A stretch of 64,000 nt of DNA. Origin: Octopus vulgaris. Lineage: Eukaryota. Below, in pieces: positions 1-15,140 of this stretch (position 1 is the stretch's first letter; each line of letters begins with the position of its first letter). Location of the stretch: contig OX597814.1 in assembly GCA_951406725.2 (NCBI GenBank), forward strand, positions 112,716,001 through 112,780,000, given 5' to 3'. The notes beneath the pieces were generated by a model, which saw only the letters and a program-made list of their open reading frames with translations, ran no database searches and was not told where the DNA came from. Made by a program: the position numbers and the translations under genes.

Positions 1-168
1 ACACAATCACACACACACACACACGTATAGACATATATGTACATATTAACACACACGTGTGTGTGTGAGTATAACAGTACACGTGAGTATGTATATACGT
101 ATGTTTCAAGTGGATGTTTCTCCCTCTTTTTATGCACACAAACACATATGTATGCCTGTATGTGTGGG

Positions 169-205
<37 letters not shown>

Positions 206-423
206 ATATATATGTATATGTATATATGTATATATGTATATATATATATGTATATGTATATATATATGTACATAAATACATAGATAAATATATATATATG
301 TAATACACACGCGCGTACATATATATGAGTGTGTATGTGTGTGCATTTATCTTTGTGTTGTATAATGTGTATGTAAGTTATACATACATATATTAATACA
401 CATATATACACGAAATAAAACAC

Positions 424-2059
424 AATTCAGCAGTAGGCCCCGATAGGTTCCCTGCTTGTGTCCTGAAGGTGTGTCGACACCAACTTGCATCTCCCCTTGC
501 TAATCTGTGGAGAAACTCACTGGATGCTGGCTATATTCCAAAAAACCTTCTGTCCCAGTCTGTTGTCCCAGTTTTCAAAAAGGGAAACAAGTCCCTTGCA
601 GTGAATTACCGTCCGATCTCACTCACCTCTCATATCATCAAGGTATTTGAGAGGGTGGTGAGATCTCAAATAACCCAATTTCTGGAAAGCAACAGACGGC
701 TGATCTCCAACCAACATGGGTTCCGTAATGGAAGGGACTGCCTAACGCAGCTCCTGCATCACTTTGAGGACATTTTGAGAGCTTTGGGAGAGGGCTCCAA
801 CACCGATGTCATCTACCTTGATTTCAGTAAGGCCTTCGACAGGGTCGATCACAAGATCCTATTGAAAAAACTATCCAACATTGGTGTCTCTGGAAAGTTA
901 CTGAAATGGATTAAGTGTTTCCTGACAGACAGATCTCAACATGTTGTAGTTGAAGGGGTAAAATCAAGCCCAGCCAAAGTCAGTAGTGGCGTTCCGCAAG
1001 GCACTGTGCTGGGTCCACTTCTTTTCATCATTTACATTAATGACATTAATGACATCATCAAGCACAGCAACATAAAAATCTTTGCAGATGACTCCAAGCT
1101 ACAGAAGGTCATAAATGAGGCGAGTGACCGGACATGCCTTCAGTCAGATCTACTGGCTGTTATCCAATGGGCAGAAAAAAACAATATGCTGCTGAACGAG
1201 GATAAATTTGAGCTAATCCACTTTGGAAAAGAGGATGCCCTGAAACTCCCATACTCCCTTCCTTCAGGTGAAACTCTCGCGGCGTCCAACAACATCAGAG
1301 ACTTGGGAGTAATTGTGGACAACAACGTAAGCTGGGCCACTCATATAAACACCAAAGTTGACATGGCCCGCAGAATGTGTTCCTGGATTCTCAGAACTTT
1401 CCAGTCGAGAGATATCCACACCATTATCCTTCTCTTCTCCACTTTTCCCAACCCCACCTTGAATACTGTTGTCCACTGTGGTCTCCCCACACAATACAAG
1501 GTATCATAAAAGTCGAAGCACCTCAAAGGGCAATCACAAAAAAGATAGATGGCATGACAGGCCTCGACTATTGGGGTCGACTAGAAAAGCTAAAACTCTA
1601 TTCTCTCCAACGTCGTCGTGAGCGCTACATCATCTGCATGATGTGGAAAATATTCCATCAGCATTGCCCAAATGATGTTGGCATCACCTTTAAGGTACAT
1701 CCAAGGCTTGGGCCCCGTGCCATCCGCCCAAAACAAAAATCGCACTCTCATCTCATAACAACAATACGGCACAATTATTTCACCTCAATTGGCCCCGCTC
1801 TCTTTAACATTACACCAAAACACATTAAAACAGAAACTGACCCTATAGGGTTCAAGAAGTCTTTGGACAGATTCCTTCAAGAAATCCCGGATAAACCCCC
1901 TACACCCGGATATGTCTCTGTAAACAATAACTCTCTACTTGAGTGGGCCATAGTGCCCAAATTCTGACTTGAAAGACTTCACCAGGTGGTGCTATTGGGT
2001 TAGACATGGCCTGGGCCAATAATGGCCGAAACCTATCAAAGTATCAAAGTATCAAAGTA
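424..2059 (+). mobile_element. 5'-truncated CR1/L2-group LINE (RT plus C-terminal domain), one frameshift near 1440-1450, tandem 3' tail
   Basis: SAVGPDRFP, NYRPISLTS, QHGFR, YLDFSKAFDRVDH, SGVPQGTVLGPLLF, FADD in ORF 469-1509; LEYCCPLWSP and LKLYSLQRRRERY in ORF 1377-1967; ends in stem-loop GGCCA-ATAA-TGGCC-GAAAC and (TATCAAAG)x3. Confidence 0.93.
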
Positions 2060-2372
2060 TATATGTATATATAATGATATATTTATATATGTGTGTATAT
2101 ATATTCATACATATATATATATATATATATACATACATACATACATACATACATACATACATACATACATACATACATACATACATACACATATGAAACT
2201 ATGTGTATGTTTGTGTGTATCGATACAGTATATTATTTCTTTCAGAATCACACGCATACATATATAAATATATATGTCTATGTATATGTATTTCTCTTAA
2301 TTCTCTCCTCTCATCTCCCCCGTTTTCTCATTGTCATCGTTCTTCTGTAACCAGCTAACAGTCTCTCTCCAT

Positions 2373-2409
<37 letters not shown>

Positions 2410-3071
2410 TCTCTCTTCTTTCTCCCTCTTTTCCTCTCTTCTCTCTTTATTTTTCTTTCAACTTTTTAACTTAACTTTCTAATCTCCAAAAAAACAAATC
2501 TAACTAATGTCTTCGAAAGTACATTAGTGATTGCCAATTGAAATAAAACTCATACGTAATTTTCTAGCTTCCTTAAACCCATAAAGCTATGTTCATCATT
2601 GATTAATTGATAAACTGAATAAAATCAAAGATTCACCCCTCTCACAAAGCACACTAGCCTATAAGTGATATTATTATCTTTCTATAAAGATAGCCTGGTC
2701 CTAATAGTTTTCTTTATGTTCCACCTTTAATATCAGCGCCATATGTTGCTTTTAAGTGTGCGGCGGCGTCAACTTATGCGCATGTATATTATAGAAAAGA
2801 CGGACTCGCATCAAGCTAAGTATTTCGACGTACATGAAACAAACATTACGTACACAGCCCAACGCCGTACACGAACTTACACTTGCGTACAATGCACCAA
2901 GGCGCACGTGCATACTCTTATACACACACACACACACATACACACATGCACACATGCACACATACAAACACAAACACTCACAGAGAGGTACAAATGTATG
3001 CTGTTTAATAGAAATACCATATATGTGTGTATGTGTATGTGTATATGTGTATAATTAAATAGATATGTATA

Positions 3072-3131
<60 letters not shown>

Positions 3132-3256
3132 AATAAGATCTATATATCATATATACGTATAATTTTGCAAATATACGTCTGTGTATACACACGAAAATCT
3201 ACATACAGCTATTTACACATACGTTTGCAAATATGTATGCATATACATATACATAC

Positions 3257-3315
<59 letters not shown>

Positions 3316-3473
3316 GCGTATTTCGATGTACGTAAACACACACATATATATACAGCCATACATATGTATTTTATATATTCATATATATATCATATGCATA
3401 CATGCAATTTAATACACAAGCACAGATGTGCATTTGTGCATAATACATATGTGTGTATGTGTATATATGTATA

Positions 3474-3527
<54 letters not shown>

Positions 3528-4315
3528 CATATGTATACGTATATGTGTGTATGTATATATATACATATACCCACACACGCAGATATATATAGATGCATAT
3601 ATATATACGCACACATATAAATATGTATATATATATATACACACACACGCGCGCGCATACATTTATGTATTTACGTATGTATACAAAGTAGGAAAACGTA
3701 TGCCATAATTATACAGCGATTTCTTTTTAAAGTTATTCTTAAAATGAAAGAGTTGAGAAAAGAAAATTTTCTTTTCAAAAAAAATTTTTCAAAATAAAAA
3801 ATGCTTTTAACTATAATTTTATAATTTTCTCTTTAAAGTGTATATTCAAACATTCGAATAATAAAACTAAAATTAACATAGAGACTTCTATTATACGTAT
3901 TTATCCACACACAGAAACACACACAGACACACACACACACGGACCATAATACACTTCCATTCTTCTTTATAACTTAGTCAAAGGAAGCGGTCCGGCGTCA
4001 TGACTAATGCTCGCTCCACCTACCGATCTGTGCAATTTCAATACGTTTATAATTTATGCATTTGTAAGTAGCCATGTGTAAATTTAAATGCCTTTATAAA
4101 AAAAATTTGATGATTTTATTTATATATAGAGAGAGATAGTTGTATATAAAGTTTTACGATCGATATATATATATATAGACTTATGTATTTGTGTGCACAT
4201 GTATGATACGCACACACATGCCTTCCCTGTATATACAAACATACGTTTATACACATACATACATATATGTATATATGTAAATATATATATTTACACACAT
4301 GCGCACGCAAACTTG

Positions 4316-4346
<31 letters not shown>

Positions 4347-4503
4347 TTGAGCATATATGTTATATACATACATATATGCATGTAAGTATATATACACATG
4401 TATATATATGTTTGTATGAATCTATGTGTTAGATTGGTATGGTTTCTAAGAAACATTGTGTATACATATACATATATACATTCATATATATATATATATA
4501 TTC

Positions 4504-4534
<31 letters not shown>

Positions 4535-4559
4535 ATGCATGTATGTATGTATGTAAATA

Positions 4560-4606
<47 letters not shown>

Positions 4607-5002
4607 ACACTAATTCAAATTGAAAATTTGAATTGGAAAGAAAAAATTGGAAACAGAAGCCATATAATAGCCAAATTTATAGTTTGCTTTTTAATATAAT
4701 TCTATCCTATAAAAATTTCGGATTGAAAAAAAATCCCTAAGGAAAAGCACCTCGGAAGACAACCCAAGAACTGATCAACACGGATAGTTGAGGGTTGTGA
4801 GGTACGAACCATGAGCAAATTTATTATGTTTTATTTGCCAATTAGCATCACACAGTTCTTGGATGATTTTCTGAAAATTTCAACATTTTAACGTGGTTTT
4901 CCTGGTTACCGTATTATCCTAGTTATAACATATTTCTTGGCGATTTTTCTTGTAGACGACATTTGGATGGACGTTTTTCAACAATTCTTTTATTCGTTGA
5001 AT

Positions 5003-5341
5003 AGTTTCAGACATCTGACTGTAACCATGCTGGAGCACCGCCTTAAAGGGTTTTAGTCGAAGGACTTATAATTCGTCAGCCTAGTACTTATTCTTTCGGT
5101 CTCTTTTGTCGAACCACTAAGTTACAGGGACGTAAACACACCAGCACCAGTCGTCAAGCGGCGGTGGGTCAAACACACACACACACATATGTACGATGAG
5201 CTTCTTTCAGTTTCTGTCTACTAAATCCACTGATAAGACTTTGGTCGGCCCAGGTCTATAGTAGAAGACACATGCACAAGGTGCCACGCAATGGGACTGA
5301 ACCCAGAACCATATTGTTGGGAAGTTTCTTACCACACAGCA
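5003..5341 (-). mobile_element. tRNA-derived SINE, family A (diverged copy)
   Basis: Minus strand: A-box-like GCTGTGTGGT, B-box-like GGTTCAGTCCC, 3' tail GGCGGTGCTCCAGCATGG; matches copies at 8840, 16257, 54797. Confidence 0.85.
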
Positions 5342-6049
5342 TTGACCATGACAGAGAAAGTTGTCATGGTGATACCTGCTCAGAGAACTACGCAAGTTGC
5401 AGAAAGTGTATGGAGAGGAGTGTATGAGCCGTATACAAGTTTACGAGCGATCCAGATGTTTCCAAGATGGCCGAAAAAATGTCGATATTGACGAACGTTC
5501 TGGGAGACCCACAACCAGCAGAACTGAGAAAACCATCGCAGATGTGCGTACAGCTGTGAGGGGAAATCGTCGAATCACCGTCCGGGAGTTATTAGAGGAT
5601 ATGCAGATTAGTTACGGTTCAGTTCAGTCCATTATGACTGAAGATTTAGGTATGAGACGCGTGTCTGCCAAGTTTGTGCCAAAATTGCTTTCAACTGACC
5701 AAAAAGACACTCGGGTTTCAGTTTCACAGGATCTCCTTGATTGTGTAGAGAATTATGAAAACTTTTTGAAAACTTTGCGTAGGCCGCTGTGCGGGTATCG
5801 CCAAGCTTTTGGTAAAATTTGATGCAGATTCTCTGCTCAGCTGTCTCTGTCATGGTCAATGCGACGATCACACGTTACACACCTTCCTTCCAAGCACTGC
5901 TGTAAACAGCAGAAGTGAGCTAGAACGTTAAAACTTAGTGCGCATGCACAGCAGAGTAGAAGGTCAAGCTATACCAAGCGGCTTTACTCTGCGTGTTTTA
6001 GCTTCTTTACTATAGCAATAGTCCAGATATTTATTGATCAGACTACGTA
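5339..6049 (+). mobile_element. mariner (Tc1/mariner) derivative: N-terminal transposase fragment followed by an inverted 5' end and TIR
   Basis: ORF 5397-5822 has KVYGEECMS..DERSGRP..RRITVREL..LGMRRVSAKFVPKLL; minus strand near 5855-5770 gives MTETAEQRICIKFYQKLG; TIR-like GTCCAGATATTTATTGATCAGACTACG followed by TA at 6048-6049. Confidence 0.88.
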
Positions 6050-6495
6050 TCTCAGATGTAAAACAAATATACCATGATATCATGAAAACTACCAGAATTT
6101 ACCGCTATATAATTTTAGATCCGATGATGAATATTTTATTATTTAGAAAATTATTGGCAATACACTTTACGACTTAGTGCAGAACGCTTCACAACAGTTT
6201 ATTGTTTATTTTTAAAATGAGAATGTGACAGTCTCGCTATGTCAGACTAATGGATTTAGAAGTGTTATTGTTGCAAACCAAACACAAAGAACTAATAAGG
6301 AAATGCGAAAAATCATTAATAAAAAACTGAAACGTGAACATAATCGTGTTTATATGTCCGCGTGTGGGTTTATCATTTTCCTTCCCTTCCACTGAGGACA
6401 AAAAAAAACTTTCCAGCTTAAAAACTAGAAGAAAAAACTTAGAAGTGATTCTCTCTTCCTCCCTCTCTATCTCTATCTCTCTTTCTTTCTCTAGT

Positions 6496-6568
<73 letters not shown>

Positions 6569-6667
6569 GCCACGACAGCAACATTCATCAAATAACAAGC
6601 ACACACACAAACACACATACACACATATTTATATATATATACATACATAAATATATGGTTAAAAGGT

Positions 6668-6866
6668 TAAGGCCAACAACTTCATGGGAGAGGATAAGTC
6701 GATTACATCCATCCCGGGGCTCAAGTGGTACTTATTTTATCGAGTCCGAAAGGAGGAAAGGTAAATTCGACTTCGCTGAAGTTTGAACTCCGAATATAGA
6801 GACGGACGAAATGCCGCTAAGTAATTCTGCCCGGTGTGCTAATGATTCTGCCAACTCGCTGCCTTA
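6668..6866 (-). mobile_element. tRNA-derived SINE, family B (Meta-like core), diverged
   Basis: Reverse complement matches the family consensus GGCGGCGAGCTGGCAGAA..GAGTTCAAATTCCGCCGAGGTCGACTTTGCCTTTCATCC. Confidence 0.85.

Positions 6867-6867
<1 letters not shown>

Positions 6868-6942
<75 letters not shown>
6868..6942 (+). repeat. (TAA)n microsatellite
   Basis: Seen directly. Confidence 0.98.
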
Positions 6943-6945
<3 letters not shown>

Positions 6946-6956
6946 TAAAAATAATG

Positions 6957-7901
6957 AATAAGAGAATTAGACCAAAAGCCGGACATGCAAATACTTAGGA
7001 ATCAATGAACCAGATACGATACAACACACACAAATGAAAGAGAAGATGAAACAAGAATACTATAGACGAGTTAGATTGGTACTGAAAACAGAGCTCAATG
7101 CGAAAAACAAGATAATAGGTATCAACACTCTAGCCGTCCCAGTTATAAGTTACAGCTACAATATTCTTAACTGGACTCTAAATGAACTAATCAAAAATAG
7201 ACAGGAAAATAAGAAAACAATGACAGGATTTAGGATGCACCACCCAAAATCAGACATAGAAAGGCTATATATACAAGTTTCGAAGGTGGTAGAGGCCTTG
7301 TAAAGCTGGAAAACTATTACAACATATCCACCATAGGACTACAAAAATACCTACCTCAGAAGTAAGGAAAACTAATACAAATAGCCACGAAACACAAACA
7401 AAACAAACAACTGTTTTTAGTCATTAAGGAAGCTGACAAATACAAAAAACAAGTTGTAGTACCTAATAACTATGAAGAAATAGACCAGATATAGTTGTCA
7501 GAGATCAAGAAAAAATGCTTTCTAATCGTTGTACCAATGCCAACAGATGACAATGTTTCTCTAAAAGAAATGGAGAGACTTTCAAAATACAAAGACCTGG
7601 AAATAGAGGTAACTTGAATGTGTAATCTAAAAGCAGAAACAATTCCTATTGTAGTAGGCGCATTAGGTAAGATAAAAAAAAATCAGGCAAATACATAACA
7701 AAAGCACCAGGACTAACAAATGTATATATATAAAACATACAGAAAATAGCACTACTAGGCACCGCACCACACACATCCTACGTAAAACACTTTCAACACA
7801 GTAACAATAAGAGCATCACAACAAACCACAGCATATTCCCAAGGCACACAGAGCTGCGCTCGGTAGTAACGTGAAAGCATGTGATAAAAATAAAACTACT
7901 G
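6957..7901 (+). mobile_element. R4/Dong-type non-LTR retrotransposon 3' fragment (decayed, internally deleted)
   Basis: KYLGI..EYYRRVRLVLKTELNAKNKIIGINTLAVPVISYS..MHHPKSDIERLY; RLE-region RPDIVV..KYKDLEIEV..IPIVVGALG..IQKIALLGTA; flanked by (TAA)n on both sides. Confidence 0.88.
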
Positions 7902-8068
<167 letters not shown>

Positions 8069-8320
8069 GTGATGCCGGTGGTAATTGGAGCATTACGAGC
8101 AGTTTCCAAGGGCTTTGAAAGACATATTAAGAATATTGGAGCTGCTGTCAGCTCGAGGTGATCCAGAAGATAGCATTGTTTGGTACAGCTCGCATTCTAA
8201 GGAGAAGGCACTACTTGAGTCACGGGAGAAGGTACTACTTGAAACCTTTGGTGATTTGTTATTGCCTGCTTTCAAGTAAAGAACAACTGGTAATTAAGAA
8301 CTATCCGAGAGTCTTGCAGA
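8069..8320 (+). mobile_element. second R4/Dong-type family, extreme 3' end
   Basis: VMPVVIGAL..IQKIALFGTARILRR followed by a 3' UTR and (CAA)/(TAA)n. Confidence 0.75.
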
Positions 8321-8500
8321 ACAACAACAACAACAACAACAATAATAATATAATAAAACTTGAAGAAGTCAATGAGAGCTGTACCAAAAAGGAATTCAGC
8401 CTTGTCCACCAAACAACTTCTTTCGCCACAGCCACCAGGCAAAGGAAAACTGCCTTGCTTTCCTGACTGAATAATAATAATAATGATGATGATGATGATG

Positions 8501-8571
<71 letters not shown>

Positions 8572-8810
8572 CGTAAAAAAGATATGAAAATTGTAATGGT
8601 TGTGTCTATGATAATTGGTGCATTGGAAACTGTAAGCAAAGATATAGAAAAACGGTTGGAGGATATTGGAATAGAATGCCCTATAGGGCTTCTACAGCAA
8701 GTTTGCCTCTTAGGGACGGGAAATATCAGGAAAGCCTTAAGCACATGAAAAAACTACACACGTAAATTCTACCAGGAATTATAACGAACCTGAGTCAAAT
8801 CAATAATAAC
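8572..8810 (+). mobile_element. third R4/Dong-type family, extreme 3' end
   Basis: MIIGALETVSKDIEKRLEDIGI..LLQQVCLLGTGNIRKAL*; preceded by (TAA)n. Confidence 0.75.
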
Positions 8811-8839
8811 AATAGTATAATGTGCATCATCCATGTACT

Positions 8840-9071
8840 TTCTTTTACTCTCTCTTTTACTCTTTTACTTGTTTCAGTCATGTGACTGCGGCCATGCTGG
8901 AGCACCGCCTTTAGTCGAGCAAATCGACCCTAACACTTATTCTTTGTAAGCCTAGTACTTATTATATCGGCCACTTTTGCCGAACCGCTAAGTTACGGGG
9001 ACGTAAACACACCAGCATCGGTTGTCAGGCGATGTTGGGGGACAAAGACACACACACAAACATATACACAC

Positions 9072-9135
<64 letters not shown>

Positions 9136-9297
9136 GACGGGCGTCTTTCAGTTTCCGTCTACCAACTCCACTCACAGGGCTTTGGTCGGCTCGAGGCTAT
9201 AGTAGAAGACACTTGCCCAAGGTGCCACGCAGTGGGGACTGAACCCGGAACCGTTTTGTTGGTAAGTGAGCTACTTACCACACAGCCACTCCTACGC
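8840..9297 (-). mobile_element. SINE family A, full-length, with internal (TA/TG)n
   Basis: Minus strand: head GCGTAGGAGTGGCTGTGTGGTAAG, B box GGTTCAGTCCC, CCTTGGGCAAG, LINE-like tail and (GTAAAAGA)n. Confidence 0.92.
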
Positions 9298-9309
9298 ACA
9301 TATTTGTAC

Positions 9310-9735
9310 ACTGGTAAAACTGCTAGCACGCCGGACAAAATGCTTAGCGGCGTTTCGTCAGTTTCTACGTACCGATTTCAACTTCCGCGGACGTCGGCTT
9401 TACCTTTCATCATTTCGAGGTCAATAAAATATGGACCAATTGAGCACAGGGGTCGATGTAATCCACTTACACAGGCACTCGAAATTTCAGGCCTTGTGCC
9501 TATAGTAGAAAGACTTATTATTATTATTAGATGAGCTGATTGAATCTTTACGCATGCCAGGCGAAATGCTTAGCGGCATTTCGTCTGCCTTAACGTTCTG
9601 AGTTCAAATTCCGCCGGGGTCAACTTTGCCTTTCATCCTTTCGGAGTCGATTAAATAATCACCAGTTATGCACTGGGGTCGATATAATCGACTTAATCCC
9701 TTCCCCAGATTTGAGGCCTTGTTCTTCCAGTAGAA

Positions 9736-9738
<3 letters not shown>
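9310..9738 (+). mobile_element. two tandem family B SINE copies (about 9310-9515 and 9530-9738) separated by (TTA)n
   Basis: Both carry AAATGCTTAGCGGC, CCTTTCAT, GGGGTCGAT and the AGGCCTTGT..AGTAGAAA tail. Confidence 0.85.
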
Positions 9739-9808
<70 letters not shown>

Positions 9809-9809
<1 letters not shown>

Positions 9810-12160
9810 GTTTGAATTTCGCTTTGTATTTGTACAAGTTGACTCCAAGTCTCACCCAGAAACCTCAAGAGACAAGTTAGAGGTCCAAGTTAGTGTTATG
9901 CTTAGGGTGCCATATATTTGGTTTTGTACATAGTGTTGTTCTAGAGAATGTTTAAGAAAGCATAAGAAAATTATGAATTGGTTTTAAAATTTGAGATTAC
10001 ATAGAAAGTATTTTACGTAGGGTGTGGGCAGTTCCCATGAGCACTATCTTTTGAATTTCTGCCATTTTGGGGTTTCTTGTTATCTGAATTAGGTAGCAAT
10101 CAGCACTTTTGCTGCCATTCCTATGGCACCTATGACAAAAGGTATTGTTTTAGTCTTGAGGCCAATTTCTATTTCAAGATCTGTATACTTGCTTAGTTTT
10201 TGGTAGGTCTTGACTGATACATTTATGTCGACGGGGATAGTCATATCAGTGAGGAGGCAAGATTTTTGTCTGAAGTCTTTCAATATGATGTCTGACCTAT
10301 TTGCATCTATCTTTCTGTCAGTTTGAACGGTGAAGTTCCAGAGGAGTGAGATGTGATCCTTTTCAAGCATTGGAACTGATTTGTGTTCCCACCACATTTT
10401 ACCATACCAGGTTCCTATTTTTGCAAATTCCCCAGTGAATATATTGTGCAGCTCTATCATGCCTGTTGAGATTCTCTGTAGGCGCATGTAGATTGTACAT
10501 GGAGGCATGATCAATGATTTCATTTTGTTGTTTAAATACATGTTATGTTGGGCTACTGCCGTTCTTTAATATGTTGGCCTGGTAGCTCCTTGTAGTTAGG
10601 TATTGATCTTGGGCTGTTATGATAAACCCTTCAGTTTCTGATTTTAAGCCAAAAGACACTAACCATTAATGGGTAAGGGCTTTGTCAACATCGGCATTAT
10701 TAGCTCTCTTTGGGTATTTGCCATTGAGAGGTTTTTCTTACCATTTATCAGTAAAAATATTTAAGACAGCAGTTTTAGAACGAGTTTTCATACGTTTAGC
10801 TTTTTCTATGCTTCCAGTACATCTAATTCTGGGATTTGTTGTATTTGGAATTCACTTAGATATTCCTTTATCCGTTTTGTTACTGAGTATGATGCTTTCT
10901 TGTTTTCATGTTCTGAGACAAGTTTTAACATCCAGTCCTCAGAGTTTTTCAGGTAGGTGTCCAGGCCGATTGTTGCAATCTTCATTGTTAATGCCAGTTG
11001 TAAAAGTTCACGGCTTCCCTCTTTTCTTGGCAGATAAAGTCGATCTATATCTGCCTTAGGGTGGTGCATTCTATGCATTGTCAACAATTTTCGTATTTTT
11101 CTGTCAAGATTACATATTTCAGTTATCCCCAATTAATGATATTGAAATTGTAAGTCACGACTAGTATGGCTAAAGTATTGATCGCTTCCATCCTGTTTCT
11201 TGCATTCAACTCTTTCTTGAATATTGTCCTTACCCTGCAATAACATTCTCTCCTGATCCTTTCCCTCATCACTGAATGCTTGATTCCGTCCCCTTTAAAT
11301 ACTCCTAGGTATTTGTAGCTCTCCGCTGGTTCTAACTTCTTTATGACATTCTGCTGGTCAAGATTAACGTTGGATGTTTCTATAATTTTTCCTTTGATAA
11401 AGATAGCTTTTGCACATTTATCGAGGCCAAATTGCATTCTGATGTCATCACTGAATTGTTTAACAATCGCTAGCAAGCCCTGTAGTTGTTGGTAATTTTT
11501 TGCAAAGAGCTTTAAATCATCCATGTAAAAGAGATGATTTATATTTTTATCAAACATTTTATAGCCATATTGTACATCATCGAGCAATTTCGAGAGAGGT
11601 ATTAAAGTTAGTGGTGTTAGAGAGTCACCCTGGAAAATGCCACATGAAATTCTTTCATCTCCACCACTGAGATTCATTGTCACTGTTCAAAGTCAGTGTG
11701 GTTCTCCATGATCTCATATTTACAGACAAAAAGTTTCGCAGAGTAAGCGCTATTTTATACATTTCCAGACATTTCTTAATCCAGCTATGTAGGAGGCTAT
11801 CAAAAGCTTTTTTATAGTCTATCCAGGCTACTAACAAGTTTTTGTGTCGTTTATGACAATCTTCTAAGATCATCTTATTGATGAGTAGCTGATCTTTACA
11901 ACCATAGGACCTACGTTTACATCCATTTTGCTCATTATACCACTTTCTATAAAAAAAAAAAATCTAGGTATATTCAGTCAAGACAGATGTTAGTATTCTA
12001 TACATTGTTGTTTAGCAATTTATGGGTCTATAATGTTTTGGTTCATTTGTTTCTTCATGTTTTGGAGGGAGGAATGTAACACCATTAACTAACCAAGAGG
12101 GTACTAGGTTGTTGCAAAACATTGTTGTACAGTTTTGTTAGCAGTTCATGGAACACTGGA
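9809..12160 (-). mobile_element. R4/Dong-type non-LTR retrotransposon, RT through RLE, with frameshifts
   Basis: [82 protein letters not shown]; 3' end abuts (TAA)n in element sense. Confidence 0.92.
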
Positions 12161-12188
12161 TCATCATCATCATCATCATTGTTATTAA

Positions 12189-12408
12189 GGCGGCGAGTTG
12201 GCAGAATCGTTAGCACACAGGGCAGAATGCTTAACAGCATTTCGTTCGTCCCTACGTTCTGAGTTCAAATTCTGTCGAGGTCGACTTTGCCTTTCATGTT
12301 TTTTTCGGGGTCGATAAATTAAGTACAAGTTGAGTACTGGAGGTCCATGTAATTGACTTGCCCCTTCCCCCAAAAGTTTCAGGCCTTGTACCTATAGCAC
12401 AAAGGATT
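12189..12408 (+). mobile_element. SINE family B, full-length
   Basis: GGCGGCGAGTTGGCAGAATCGTTAGC..GAGTTCAAAT..; followed by (ATT)n. Confidence 0.9.
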
Positions 12409-12417
12409 ATTATTATC

Positions 12418-12479
<62 letters not shown>

Positions 12480-13106
12480 CGTCATTATTATTACCATGCT
12501 CATCTAAAGCTTCCTGTTGCCAATTTGTTTATTTCAAATGCTGTGTAAAAAAATTAATTCAGACAAAACACACACACACACAGACACACACACACGAAAT
12601 AGTAAAAACAAAATATTGCACGATAGTTTGGGTGAAAAAAATGGTGGGGAAAAAATGTTAACATCAAATATATCAGGTGTCTTTTTAAAATGTAACAACA
12701 GTTCATAAGCAAGTATTTCGGTGATGTTTATCTTATTGGTTTTAACAGACGAAAAAATAATTAACAGCCGAGTGTTTAGAGACAACTAGATAAATAGATA
12801 AAACGATAAGAAATTAGAATGGAATCTAAGATAAAGCGGGAATTGTGGTAGGCCTGGAATAACCAGGGCTATATGTGTAATATGTAATAATTGTTTATGC
12901 TGTCGACGTCTACCATCACACTTCCAGTTGTGTTTGTCGTCTGCCGACACAAATCTTTTAAGACAAATTAACATATTATGGTTTGTTTCAATATAAATAT
13001 TCATACACTCGCGAATACAAGAATACTAGTGAGCATGCGTGTATATTTATATATTGATAGATAGGTGTGTGTGTGTGTGCGTGTATCTAATAGTTACATA
13101 CAGTTG

Positions 13107-13168
<62 letters not shown>

Positions 13169-13417
13169 CATATGTATGCATGTATGTATGTATGTATATA
13201 GCGATAGGATATTAAGAAGATGTATATTCTTCAGATACACGTTATGTATGTGTATATATGTGTGTGTATAGATGGATACATAATTGTATTTGTATATATA
13301 TATATATATATACACGCGCACACACACACATATATGTGCATGTGTACGTGTGTATGCATTTAGATATATACATAATTATATGTATGTATGTATATGTATT
13401 TCTCCATTTTCTTATTT

Positions 13418-13471
<54 letters not shown>

Positions 13472-13571
13472 TGTAGACATAGATATATACGCACATATAG
13501 ATGCATACATGAATATATACACACATTAGAATTCTATATATGATATATATGTACATACAAATATATCTATG

Positions 13572-13603
<32 letters not shown>

Positions 13604-13661
13604 CATGAATATATACATGCATGTCTCTCTCTCCTTCTCTCTCTTTCTCTCTCTCTCTTTC

Positions 13662-13733
<72 letters not shown>

Positions 13734-14005
13734 TGTAGTATACTTTAGTAGATTCTATGCGGAAGTGAAGACAGCATGTTCTTTGTCTATCTCCTTAACT
13801 TCTTGGAGATTTAGGTATAATTATACTAATGTGTCCATCTGTTCTAATTTAATTAAATAATTAAATTCTATGTCTTTGTGCAGCTGAGGATTGCTCTGCA
13901 TTTTAAATCGATGTAATGATTGCATTGTTCAATTAAATCGAGTTGCATGAAACGATCGTACTGCATTAACTCCGTATATCCTTGTTGCTTATTTTGATTT
14001 ATATA

Positions 14006-14067
<62 letters not shown>

Positions 14068-14357
14068 TGAATGTATGCGCACATATACACATGTATACAT
14101 AATACATATAGAGACAGAAACATAGTAAAATGCACATTTTATTATTCCCTGAGTATATATTTGGAACACAGACACACACATACACACATACACGAGCTTA
14201 CGAACATATACACGCACTCACAAACATACGTGTGTATGTATAGGCTATTTTATGCAAACAAAAACATTCGACATACATATATTGTGTATACATAAGTATT
14301 GCCATTTACACAAATATCCTTTCATTCATATGCCTACGTGCGTATATATGTGTATGC

Positions 14358-14426
<69 letters not shown>

Positions 14427-14831
14427 CGTTCATAAATATGTATGTGTGTATATACAGCTATATATGTATCAGTAGATAGTCGTGTATGTGCGTATGTATA
14501 TATGTATGCATGTACGTTCATTGAAACAAAAAGACACCACACGTTCAGACAGGCCGGCAGAGAGACAGACGTACAGACAGACATTCGTTCCTTTGTATAT
14601 ATTAGAGGTGTCTTTTTTCTCTTGTAAACTTCGGCTAGAAGTGATTTTTCGGGAATTTTTATGGAAACGTTATCCAGCAAGCGTGAGACTTCTTAAGAGG
14701 AGAATAAAACATGATACAGATAAACAGAGAAAGCATATAATTGCGTAAAATAAACTTTAAGGAAGGCGATTGAGCCGAAAACTAAACAATAATGCCAGTA
14801 ACTTGAATGATTAGGGAGGGGTCAGCATAGT

Positions 14832-15140
<309 letters not shown>

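Noticed and set aside
5397-5822. SETMAR-like domesticated gene
   Set aside because: No SET or DDD domain; disrupted start and a nearby TIR indicate a transposon relic.
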